DNA of 64,000 nucleotides from Clostridia bacterium (GTDB lineage Bacteria > Bacillota > Clostridia > Acetivibrionales > STF1-152), in the NCBI GenBank assembly GCA_028280575.1, contig JANQLN010000050.1:14136-78135 (forward strand), read 5' to 3'. The translations under genes were made by a program, and so were the position numbers. This document shows positions 37,373 to 46,046 of this stretch, in pieces (the stretch's first letter is position 1; the number at the start of each line of letters is the position of its first letter). Under the pieces are notes generated by a model, which worked only from the letters and a program-made list of their open reading frames with translations, was not told the origin of the DNA and did no database searches.

Positions 37373-38320
37373 ATGAAGTACGCTGATATAGACGGATGCA
37401 AGATATCAAAAATGACACTGGGTACCGTTCAGCTGGGAATGAATTACGGGATAGCGAACAAGACAGGAAAACCCTCTCGGGAAAAAGCTTTTGAAATCCT
37501 GAATACGGCTGCTGGAGGAGGCGTGAATTCATTTGACACCGCAAATGCGTATGGTGACTCAGAGGATGTACTGGGCAGATATTTCTGCTCGCCGCAATGC
37601 AAAGTCAGGAGGCCCTTCTTCACAACGAAGTTCAAGCTGGGTTTACCGGCAGAAGCCGATAGATATACTGTGGAAAGAGAAATCCGCAGTTTTGCGGAAA
37701 AATCGCTGGAGAGGCTGAAGATTAATAAAATACAGGTCTATATGCTCCATAACGCAATAGCTATGTCCCGGTACGGCGATACCGTGCCTGAAACTTTAAA
37801 AAAATTGAAGAATGAAGGATTGGTTGAAAAGGCCGGGGTATCCGTTTACAATCCGGAAGAAGTGGATAAAATGCTTGAAAATGAACTTTACGAGGCTGTG
37901 CAGATTCCCATGAATGTGTTTGATCTGAAGATGGTACGAAGCGGGGCACTGAATAAGCTCAAAAACGCGGGATATATTGTATTTGTCAGAAGTGTGTTTT
38001 TACAGGGACTGTTTTTCATGGAACCCGGGCAAATGCCTGAAAGCCTGGCATCAACATCCGAATATTTGAAACAGCTTCATAAGCTTGCGCAAGAGGAAGG
38101 TCTTAGCATTGCACAGCTTGCCCTTTCCTTCATAAGAGACCTTGAAGGAGTAACCTGTCTTGTGCTTGGAGCTGAAACGCCGGAGCAGGTGGAGGAAAAT
38201 ATAAGGCTTATGGAAGGCCCTGGATTGAAAAGGAGTACGGTTGAAAGGATTGAGAGCCTGTCGGAGAAGACTCCTGTCGAAACAATCATGAAGGAGCTTC
38301 ATTCAAGGTGGCGGCGCTAA
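37373..38320 (+). CDS. Aldo/keto reductase
   Basis: Motifs LGTVQLGMNYG, FDTANAYGDSE, TKF, YMLH. I place the start at ATG 37373 (AAGAGG about 10 nt upstream). Confidence 0.85.
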   Translation: MKYADIDGCKISKMTLGTVQLGMNYGIANKTGKPSREKAFEILNTAAGGGVNSFDTANAYGDSEDVLGRYFCSPQCKVRRPFFTTKFKLGLPAEADRYTVEREIRSFAEKSLERLKINKIQVYMLHNAIAMSRYGDTVPETLKKLKNEGLVEKAGVSVYNPEEVDKMLENELYEAVQIPMNVFDLKMVRSGALNKLKNAGYIVFVRSVFLQGLFFMEPGQMPESLASTSEYLKQLHKLAQEEGLSIAQLALSFIRDLEGVTCLVLGAETPEQVEENIRLMEGPGLKRSTVERIESLSEKTPVETIMKELHSRWRR

Positions 38321-38401
38321 ACATTGAACCCATAACTTATATTCATACCCTCATCCTAAGAGGAGCATCATAAAAATGGGGAAACTCAAACAAGGTATAT
38401 G

Positions 38402-38430
38402 TTGATAGTTTTTTAATTTTATGGTATTAT
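38402..38430 (+). promoter_or_regulatory. Promoter of argS
   Basis: TTGATA (38402-38407), a 17-nt spacer, then an extended -10 TGgTATTAT (38422-38430). Confidence 0.55.
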
Positions 38431-38529
38431 CATTTAAGGAAAATTTTAAAAATGCAAAACGTGTTTATAGTTTTTTACTTTTTGGAATTATTAAATTATT
38501 TTCAACGAGAAATGCAGAGGAGGTAATAA

Positions 38530-40290
38530 GTGGAAACAACATTGCGAGTATTGACAAATGTTGTTTCTGAAGCTTTTCAGAAATGTGGTTATGATAAATC
38601 TTTGGGAAATGTTACTGAGTCAAATAGATTGGATTTGTGTCAATTTCAGTGTAATGGCGCTTTTACTGCTGCAAAAACATATCGTAAATCACCTATTTTG
38701 ATAGCGGATGATATTGCAGCACTCTTAAAGGAAAACCATATTTTTCAAAAAGCAGAAGTTGCAGCCCCAGGCTTTATAAATTTAACTCTTACAGATGAAT
38801 ATATGCTGAATATTTTGCATAAGATAGCAGATGATGTTAATATAGGCATTCCTCAGATTGAATCTTCTGAAACAATTGTTTTGGATTATGGCGGTCCAAA
38901 TATTGCAAAACCGCTGCATGTTGGACATCTTCGTGCTGCTATTATTGGTGAATCACTAAAACGATTGGCTAAGTCAATGGGAATGAGAGTGACCAGTGAT
39001 GCGCATCTTGGAGACTGGGGGCTGCAAATTGGTCTTGTAATTGCTGAGCTGGAGGAGCGAAACCCCTTATGGAATTGTTTTTCTTCAGCTTTTAATGCAG
39101 ATATTAATACTGTTCCAACGCTATCAGTTAGTATGCTAAATGAAATTTACCCTTTTGCAAGTAGAAAGAGTAAAATAGATAAGTTGTTTAAATCAAAAGC
39201 TGACCGTGCGACATTTAAATTGCAGAATGGACATGATGGATATACTGCGCTTTGGAAAGAGATCATGAGAGTTTCTATTTCGGACCTTAAGGAAAACTAT
39301 AATAAATTAAATGTTAATTTTGACTTATGGTACGGAGAAAGTGACTCGGAAAAATATATTAATGTGTTAATTAACAAACTGGTGGAAAGGGGTCTTCTGT
39401 ATAAGAGCGAGGGAGCAATGGTAGTTGATGTTGAAGAAGAAACGGATAAATCGTCAATGCCTCCGGTTATTATTAAAAAAACAGATAATACCAGTAATTA
39501 TGCAACTACAGACCTAGCTACTATTATTCAAAGACAAAAAGATTTTGCTCCGGATAAAATATGGTATGTTGTTGATAAAAGACAGAGCTTACACTTTACA
39601 CAGGTGTTTCGTTGTGCTAGAAAGGCAGGGCTTGTTCCCCAAAAAACTGAGCTTGAACACCTGGGTTTTGGAACAATGAATGGCAGTGATGGGAAACCAT
39701 ATAAAACACGTGATGGTGGAGTAATGAGGCTATCTGATCTGTTAGATACAATTATTAATGCCTCTTATGAAAAAATCAACACTCCTTGGTTAACGGCTGA
39801 AGATGAGAAAAAGGAAGTTGCACGAAGAATAGGTATAGCTGCTGTTAAATTTGGAGATTTGGTTAACCATCGCTTAAAAGACTATATTTTTGATTTAGAT
39901 AGATTTCTTTCTTTTGAAGGGAAGACAGGAGTATATTTACTTTATACAATAACACGAATTAATTCTATTCTTAAAAAGGTGAATGACTTGAAGGAATTGG
40001 AGTTTAATTGTCCTCAAATTTTCACCGATGCTGAACGAAACTTGATTTTTTCTATCATTTTGAGCGGGGAAACATTTTTAAAAGCGATAAGGGAAAAAGC
40101 ACCAAATATCATTTGTGAAAATGCTTTTCGGCTTGCATCTGACTTTTCAAACTTTTATCATACAAATAATATTATTAATGAAACTGATGAATTGAAAAAA
40201 GCTACATGGGTATCTTTATGTATTCTAACAAGAAAATTGTTAATAAAGCATCTTGATGTTTTAGGAATTGAGCCTGTTGAGAGAATGTAA
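38530..40290 (+). CDS. argS: Arginine--tRNA ligase, E. coli-like type
   Basis: 586 aa. GTG start with AGGAGG 6 nt upstream. Motifs DYGGPNIAKPLHVGHLRAAIIGE, AHLGDWGLQIG, and the terminal ...GIEPVERM (ArgS proteins end in Met). The architecture aligns by eye with E. coli ArgS rather than the B. subtilis type. Confidence 0.9.
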   Translation: METTLRVLTNVVSEAFQKCGYDKSLGNVTESNRLDLCQFQCNGAFTAAKTYRKSPILIADDIAALLKENHIFQKAEVAAPGFINLTLTDEYMLNILHKIADDVNIGIPQIESSETIVLDYGGPNIAKPLHVGHLRAAIIGESLKRLAKSMGMRVTSDAHLGDWGLQIGLVIAELEERNPLWNCFSSAFNADINTVPTLSVSMLNEIYPFASRKSKIDKLFKSKADRATFKLQNGHDGYTALWKEIMRVSISDLKENYNKLNVNFDLWYGESDSEKYINVLINKLVERGLLYKSEGAMVVDVEEETDKSSMPPVIIKKTDNTSNYATTDLATIIQRQKDFAPDKIWYVVDKRQSLHFTQVFRCARKAGLVPQKTELEHLGFGTMNGSDGKPYKTRDGGVMRLSDLLDTIINASYEKINTPWLTAEDEKKEVARRIGIAAVKFGDLVNHRLKDYIFDLDRFLSFEGKTGVYLLYTITRINSILKKVNDLKELEFNCPQIFTDAERNLIFSIILSGETFLKAIREKAPNIICENAFRLASDFSNFYHTNNIINETDELKKATWVSLCILTRKLLIKHLDVLGIEPVERM

Positions 40291-40437
40291 CAGACATCTT
40301 TTTAATTTTATATGTTAAACTTTAAAATTCATCATTTCGCGGAAAAAATATTCCCAACTGCATTTTGTTAAATACTTGATTGGCAATGTGAATCATCGAA
40401 AGTTTCGGCAGTTCCTTCTTCTCTTATGTATACTCAT

Positions 40438-41307
40438 TTATGAGTAATTTGCTGAATCATTAAATTTGCCCGGTGATATACCTGTATACTTTTTGAAAGT
40501 CCTTATAAAGCTGTTTATGCTTAAGAAACCGCACATGCAAGCTGTTTCTGTTACCGGCAAGCCTTTTTTCAGCAAATCTATGGCAATTTTAATCCTGTAA
40601 TGGTTCAAGTATTCAACAAAGCTCATTCCGGTAGACCTTTTGAATATCCTGCAAAAATGTGGAATACTGTAATTTATTTTTTTTGATATGTCTCCAAGTG
40701 TAATTTTCCTGTCAAAATTATCATCCACAAAATCAAATACCTTTTGCAAATCCTTTTTAACCTTTGAATTAACTTGTACGGCATTCTCCTTTTTTGAATA
40801 ATTCCTTATGCATGAGGAAATGATTTCACAGCAGCCGGATATAGCGGCAAATTCCCATGCAGGTTTTTTTAGTTCATACTCCTTCTTTACATTCAATATA
40901 TTATCTAATATTTTACTTCCCGGAAAGTCATTACTTTTTATGGCAAAAGACAATCTTGTTTTCCGGGAAAAAGCTTCAAGGATTCTTATTGTATTTGCTT
41001 CATAGGGATTGAATATGCTTTCATCAAACTGTATTACAAAAATTTCGGTATAATGGCTTGACATGGAATAGGTAGAATGTATTTCCTGTCCCTTTATGAT
41101 TACGATATCCCCTTTTGCTATTTCAAATACATTTTTATTTATTTGCTGGGTTGCACTTCCTTTGATGACAAAGAGTATTTCAATCATATCATGCCAATGG
41201 GGATGCACCTTGATGAAATCATCATGATTATTTTTTGAACAGTTTATAAAACAGCGGATTTTAAAATCAGTATTATCAAGCTTTATACTTTCCTTATAAA
41301 TCTCCAT
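40438..41307 (-). CDS. AraC-family transcriptional regulator (cupin sensor + HTH)
   Basis: 289 aa. N-terminal cupin (HPHWHDMIEILFV), C-terminal HTH (LGDISKKINYSIPHFCRIFKRSTG...FLSINSFIRTFKKYTGISP). Confidence 0.9.
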   Translation of the reverse strand: MEIYKESIKLDNTDFKIRCFINCSKNNHDDFIKVHPHWHDMIEILFVIKGSATQQINKNVFEIAKGDIVIIKGQEIHSTYSMSSHYTEIFVIQFDESIFNPYEANTIRILEAFSRKTRLSFAIKSNDFPGSKILDNILNVKKEYELKKPAWEFAAISGCCEIISSCIRNYSKKENAVQVNSKVKKDLQKVFDFVDDNFDRKITLGDISKKINYSIPHFCRIFKRSTGMSFVEYLNHYRIKIAIDLLKKGLPVTETACMCGFLSINSFIRTFKKYTGISPGKFNDSANYS

Positions 41308-41415
41308 AGGATCTCCCTTTGATAAAATCGGTTAACTTTAAGATATTATATAACAAGTATTCAAAGAGTTAATTTGCTATTATTTATATAATAATATAAG
41401 TAAAGGAGGATTTCA

Positions 41416-42480
41416 ATGATAAAATATGATAATAAATATTCTACTGTAGACTCAGTTTTAGAAATTACAAAAAAAAGAAAGCCGGATTTCAATAATCTTC
41501 TCAAGGTTTTAAACAGGCAAAAACCATCAAGGCCAACACTGTTTGAATTTTTCTTAAACGGTGAAATATATACGGAGCTTTCCGGCTATGAGCCTGAAAA
41601 TTCTTTTGTTTCACACTGTCAATGGATTATGGAAGCCTATCGCAATGCAGGCTATGACTATTTTACACTTCCATGGCCTCATGCCCTGTCTTTTCAAACC
41701 AAACAGCACAAGAGTGATAAAAGCATATCATTGAATGACACTGCAATGATATTTGACAGGTATAGCTTTGACGAATATAAATGGCCTGATATAGAAAAAG
41801 TTGATTTCTCCTATCTTGAAAAATTGAAAAGCACTCTAATACCAGGGATGAAAGCAGTTCCATACTCTCCCAGAGGTGTTCTGGAGAACACAACACAGCT
41901 TTTGGGTTACGATAACATGTGTTATCTTTTATGTGATGATCCCAAGCTCTTAGGTGATGTATTCAATAAAACTGGTGAAATACTGCTGTCATATTATGAC
42001 AGGGTGATTGACAATGAAATCGTCTGTGCAGCCATAGTAAATGATGACTGGGGTTTCAATACACAGACCATGCTGAGCAAAAGCAATATGCTGCAATATG
42101 TAATACCCTGGCACAAAAGGATAGTTGAGCGAATCCACAAATCAGGCAAACCTGCAATTCTTCACTCATGCGGCCAACTGGAAACAGTTATGGAAGAAAT
42201 AATTGGCGATATAGGCTTTGATGCCAAACATTCATATGAGGATAATATTATCTCTGTGGAAGATGCATATGATCTATGGGGAAGCAGAATTGCAATACTT
42301 GGCGGCCTGGATGTTGATTTTTTGTGCACCGCAAGTTCCAAGGAGGTTTTCAACAGGGCTTCATGTATTCTTGAGAAAACAAAGGACAAAGGCGGATATG
42401 CCCTTGGTACGGGAAACAGCGTACCAACTTATGTACCAAAAGAAAATTATTACGCAATGATAATGGCAGCACTGGTTTAA
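41416..42480 (+). CDS. Uroporphyrinogen decarboxylase (URO-D)-family protein of unknown substrate
   Basis: 354 aa. Motifs LKVLNRQKPSRPTLFEFFLN, VNDDWG, ILHSCGQLETVMEEI...DAKHSYED, ALGTGNSVP. It is divergent from the AraC gene. Confidence 0.65.
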   Translation: MIKYDNKYSTVDSVLEITKKRKPDFNNLLKVLNRQKPSRPTLFEFFLNGEIYTELSGYEPENSFVSHCQWIMEAYRNAGYDYFTLPWPHALSFQTKQHKSDKSISLNDTAMIFDRYSFDEYKWPDIEKVDFSYLEKLKSTLIPGMKAVPYSPRGVLENTTQLLGYDNMCYLLCDDPKLLGDVFNKTGEILLSYYDRVIDNEIVCAAIVNDDWGFNTQTMLSKSNMLQYVIPWHKRIVERIHKSGKPAILHSCGQLETVMEEIIGDIGFDAKHSYEDNIISVEDAYDLWGSRIAILGGLDVDFLCTASSKEVFNRASCILEKTKDKGGYALGTGNSVPTYVPKENYYAMIMAALV

Positions 42481-42495
42481 CTATTAAAATATCAA

Positions 42496-42635
42496 GGGGA
42501 CGGCAGGCTGTGTGAGAATTAAGAAGAATATGGTAAAATGGTTGAAAACACTGGATTTGAGCTTGGAATTGCAATATAATACAGGCATAAAACAATTAAG
42601 AATGAATAAATTATTTTCACACAAGCCTGCCCCCC
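42496..42635. repeat. Inverted repeat of about 19 bp bounding a 100-bp AT-rich segment
   Basis: GGGGACGGCAGGCTGTGTGA (42496-42515) versus TCACACAAGCCTGCCCCCC (42617-42635). There are two perfect 7-bp blocks plus a G/C cap, in the convergent intergenic space. Confidence 0.6.
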
Positions 42636-42657
42636 ACTTGCCCCCATATCAAAATTA

Positions 42658-44004
42658 TTATCCGGCTGCAATTTTTTTAAGAGTATTATTTACCCATATG
42701 ATGCCTATAATGGCACTGCCAATCATGCCGCCGCAAATACCAATCCAGATATAATTGATGTGAGGCTTAAAAAGTAGTTCCAGTATAAGAGTTACCGGTA
42801 CTGTAATAAATAATGCTCTAAATCCTATTACCAGCATTGCCCTGGTTGATTTTTCCAATGCCTGCAAACAGCTGGACGCTGCGGTTGATATAGATATGCC
42901 GCTTGCAACAGGTATTGTCAGATAAAGTACTTGTTTTACAGCCAAATTAATAACCTCTTGATTGGATGACATCATTAAAAAGGTCCTCCTGGCAAATACC
43001 ATATATGCGCCGCCGAGTACCAGGGTAAACAAAGTAATAAGCATGCTGCCTTTAAAGAAAATCTTTTTAAGCTCTTTAATTTTACCCGCACCATAATTTT
43101 GGCCAACCATGATAGAAAGCCCGATTGAAAAAGCTAATGCAGGTGTCACTAATATCCCGTCTAATCGAGTCACCAAAGTATAAGCATTCAGGCTGACCTC
43201 ACTAATGTTACTCACAAATTTATTTAATATCATGAAAGATGCCGACAGTATGACAAATGTGAGTGAAGCAGGTATACCAATCTTTAAAATACGTTTTATC
43301 AGACCTTTATCCAATTGAATAAGGCTGCTGAGCTTAAAGTGAGCAGTACCGATACTTTTATAATGGACAGTAATAAAAACCCACAAAATGAATTGTGATA
43401 TGACTGTAGCTATAGCAGCACCCTTAACCCCCATTTCCAGCGTAAAAATAAAAATTGGATTCAATACAAGATTCAGCAGGGTTGATGCCATCATTGCAAT
43501 ACCGATGATGCGGGTTTTACCCATACCTTGTAAAACAGAAAATCTGGCTTGTACCAAAAACATAAAGATAAAACCGGGCAAGCTATACTTTAGATAAATA
43601 ATAGCAACTTCTTTTGCCTCAAAGGATACTTCATTACCGGACAATCCGTTAACAATAAGCTCCGATAGCACAAAAAACAAGCCAACCATAACGATACTTG
43701 AATAAAGGGATAAATTATATCCTGTTGAAGATACCTTATTCACGGTTTGATTGTCCTCTCCTCCATATGCGATGGCTGTTATGGTGGATATGCCCGTACC
43801 GATACCCTGGTCTACCGAAGTCAGTAAAAATATTAAAGGAAATATAATTCCGACACCGCTAACCACATGTGTGGTTTCTTTGTCTATTGCCGCTATGAAA
43901 TATATATCAGTTAAAGAATACAGAAGCTCTGCTATCATTCCCAACAAAATGGGGAGTGATAGCTTGATTAACTGTTTATATATTCCGTCTTTATAATTAT
44001 TCAT
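42658..44004 (-). CDS. MATE-family efflux transporter
   Basis: 448 aa with about 12 TM segments. The N-terminal LIKLSLPILLGMIAELLYSLTDIYFI is a typical MatE start. Confidence 0.9.
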   Translation of the reverse strand: MNNYKDGIYKQLIKLSLPILLGMIAELLYSLTDIYFIAAIDKETTHVVSGVGIIFPLIFLLTSVDQGIGTGISTITAIAYGGEDNQTVNKVSSTGYNLSLYSSIVMVGLFFVLSELIVNGLSGNEVSFEAKEVAIIYLKYSLPGFIFMFLVQARFSVLQGMGKTRIIGIAMMASTLLNLVLNPIFIFTLEMGVKGAAIATVISQFILWVFITVHYKSIGTAHFKLSSLIQLDKGLIKRILKIGIPASLTFVILSASFMILNKFVSNISEVSLNAYTLVTRLDGILVTPALAFSIGLSIMVGQNYGAGKIKELKKIFFKGSMLITLFTLVLGGAYMVFARRTFLMMSSNQEVINLAVKQVLYLTIPVASGISISTAASSCLQALEKSTRAMLVIGFRALFITVPVTLILELLFKPHINYIWIGICGGMIGSAIIGIIWVNNTLKKIAAG

Positions 44005-44105
44005 ATAAACACCCCCTGCATGTATTCTAATCAGAAAGTTTTAAATGGGGTTATACTGGAGGGTTATTTTTTTTAGTGATTTAAACAATAATAGTTTTCA
44101 ATAGT

Positions 44106-44333
44106 TCAGTATTCTTTTTTGGAAATAAGCCATTTTTTCAAAAATGAAAATACAATAGATACCACTCCTAGAGATATTGCCAGATACAGTAAAAAACGGT
44201 TGTTTTCCACAGGACACGCTCCCGCCGGCAGCTTTCCCTTCACTAAATAAATATCAATAAAAGCGTATAAAGTAGTCATAATAAATATTACATAAATTAT
44301 GTTATTTATAATTTTGTATGCTTTTTCCGGCAT
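44106..44333 (-). CDS. Small two-TM membrane protein, translationally linked to resA
   Basis: I place the start at ATG 44333 (AGGAGG 6 nt upstream). It has two hydrophobic helices and a PAGACP loop. Function unknown. Confidence 0.45.
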   Translation of the reverse strand: MPEKAYKIINNIIYVIFIMTTLYAFIDIYLVKGKLPAGACPVENNRFLLYLAISLGVVSIVFSFLKKWLISKKEY

Positions 44334-44344
44334 AGGTCCCCTCC

Positions 44345-45013
44345 TCATTCTATGGAACGGATATTTTCAATCAGTGTCTCCATTTGTTCTTTGTCTTTAA
44401 ACATTCCCAAAGCATAGCGAATGATACCCTCTTTATCAATAATATAATTTGTTGGAATGCCTCTTTGCTGATAATGGCTCCAGGCTTTATTCTCTTTGTC
44501 CAAAAGAACGGGAAAAGTATATCCGCTGTCCTCAATGAATTTTTTTACCTTACTTTCGGCCTTTTTGCTATCATTTCCTCCCCGCAGCTCAACAGATGTA
44601 GGACTAACTGCAAGTATGACCACATCCTGGTCCTTATAATCATCGTGTATTTCCTGCATATAAGGCATTTCTTCCCTGCAGGGGGGGCACCATGTACCCC
44701 AGAAATTGAGAAAAATTATTTTACCTTTATAATCAGACAATTTGTGTTTATTTCCCTCCAGGTCTACAGCTTCGAAGTCCTCCATGGGAATATCCAGCAT
44801 GTCTTTAAGAAGATCCTCTTTATTCGGCTTCTTATCATCAGGCAAAGAGTTATTCTCAGAAGCCTTAACTGATTCATCGTTTTTCTCTTCTGTTTTTGAT
44901 GCTTCATTTTTACTATCTTCTGCCTGTTCTTTGCTTATCGTTTTACAGCCTGATAATAAAGCAGCAAATATCACAACAGTAAATAAAAATGCTATTATTC
45001 TTGTCCTATTCAT
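44345..45013 (-). CDS. resA: Thiol-disulfide oxidoreductase lipoprotein (ResA/TlpA/StoA family)
   Basis: MNRTRIIAFLF...LLSGC lipobox, an acidic linker, and a thioredoxin fold with FWGTWCPPCREEMP. I place the start at ATG 45013 (TGGAGGT 9 nt upstream). Confidence 0.85.
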   Translation of the reverse strand: MNRTRIIAFLFTVVIFAALLSGCKTISKEQAEDSKNEASKTEEKNDESVKASENNSLPDDKKPNKEDLLKDMLDIPMEDFEAVDLEGNKHKLSDYKGKIIFLNFWGTWCPPCREEMPYMQEIHDDYKDQDVVILAVSPTSVELRGGNDSKKAESKVKKFIEDSGYTFPVLLDKENKAWSHYQQRGIPTNYIIDKEGIIRYALGMFKDKEQMETLIENIRSIE

Positions 45014-45035
45014 TCTTATCAAACCTCCAAATAGT

Positions 45036-45737
45036 TTAAATACCAAAAGTACCCAGATAGCCTAAAGTATTTGTTAGGATTAATATTCCTATTATTACTA
45101 ATATTAAACCGCTGACTATTTTAATTGTTTTAATGTGTTTTTTAATTCCCTTTAAGTACTTCCAAAAATACTTCAAAAAGATTGTAATTGCTAAAAATGG
45201 AATACCAAGCCCCAAAGAATATACTGCAAGTAAACCGACTCCGCTCCATACCGTAGAGGTTCTGCTGGCCAATATCAAAACGGATGAAAGAACAGGACCT
45301 ATGCACGGTGTCCATCCAAAGCTAAATCCAATGCCCATAAGCATGGAACTGAATAAACCGGGTGTCTTGCCTGAGATTTGAAGCCTTTTTTCATAATTTA
45401 GAAAGGAAATTGGCACCAGGCCCATATGGAACAGCCCAAAAGCAATAACAATTGCACCACTTATCTGACGGAATATTTCATTATTTTTTAATAAGAATTT
45501 TCCAATTCCGGTAGCGGCAGCGCCAAGCAATACAAATACAATTGTGAATCCGGCGACAAAAGCCACCCCGTTCCATATCAGCATCCTATGTGATTTGACA
45601 TCATGGAGCATTGCCTCAGCAGACTTTCCTGTAAAATATGTCAGATAGGCAGGTATTAAAGGAAGTACACAAGGGGAGAGAAAAGATGCCATACCCTGCA
45701 GAAAAACTATGATTACCGATAGTTCCCTTGTCACCAC
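45036..45737 (-). CDS. ccdA: Cytochrome c biogenesis-type thiol:disulfide electron transporter CcdA (DsbD family)
   Basis: 233 aa with 6 TM segments. It has the conserved Cys/Pro motifs FLSPCVLPLIPAY and WTPCIGPVL. GTG start with GGGAGAAG. Confidence 0.85.
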   Translation of the reverse strand: MVTRELSVIIVFLQGMASFLSPCVLPLIPAYLTYFTGKSAEAMLHDVKSHRMLIWNGVAFVAGFTIVFVLLGAAATGIGKFLLKNNEIFRQISGAIVIAFGLFHMGLVPISFLNYEKRLQISGKTPGLFSSMLMGIGFSFGWTPCIGPVLSSVLILASRTSTVWSGVGLLAVYSLGLGIPFLAITIFLKYFWKYLKGIKKHIKTIKIVSGLILVIIGILILTNTLGYLGTFGI

Positions 45738-46003
45738 ATTAAACTTCTCCCTTCACTTTACTCTTTTGTTACTCCAGTTCCAAGCCTTTGTTTTAAATAT
45801 TTAATAAACATACAAGTATTATACCATAGATATGAAAATTATTGTTATGATTTTTTAAGCTTTTCTATAAGTAAGCAAGCTTATAATTTGATAAAAAATT
45901 CTTGACTTGCGGTTTTAAAATACGTATACTATATGCAAGGTTTTTAATTCTTGCAATACAGCTTTTGAAACACAAAAGATTCCAGTGGATTTCGAAAGCC
46001 ATA

Positions 46004-46031
46004 TTGATAGGATTATGGAGTTACATATAGT
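46004..46031 (+). promoter_or_regulatory. Candidate promoter driving the ZTP riboswitch-glyA transcript
   Basis: TTGATA (46004-46009), a 16-nt spacer, then TATAGT (46026-46031). A second candidate lies further upstream: TTGACT-17-TATACT at 45902-45930. Confidence 0.4.
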
Positions 46032-46046
46032 AATAAATTTAGCAAA

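Noticed and set aside
38321-38529. A T-box leader upstream of argS.
   Set aside because: I found no T-box consensus (AATTAGGGTGGTACCGCG-like), no specifier-loop/antiterminator arrangement and no terminator hairpin. The region holds only an ordinary promoter and an AT-rich leader.
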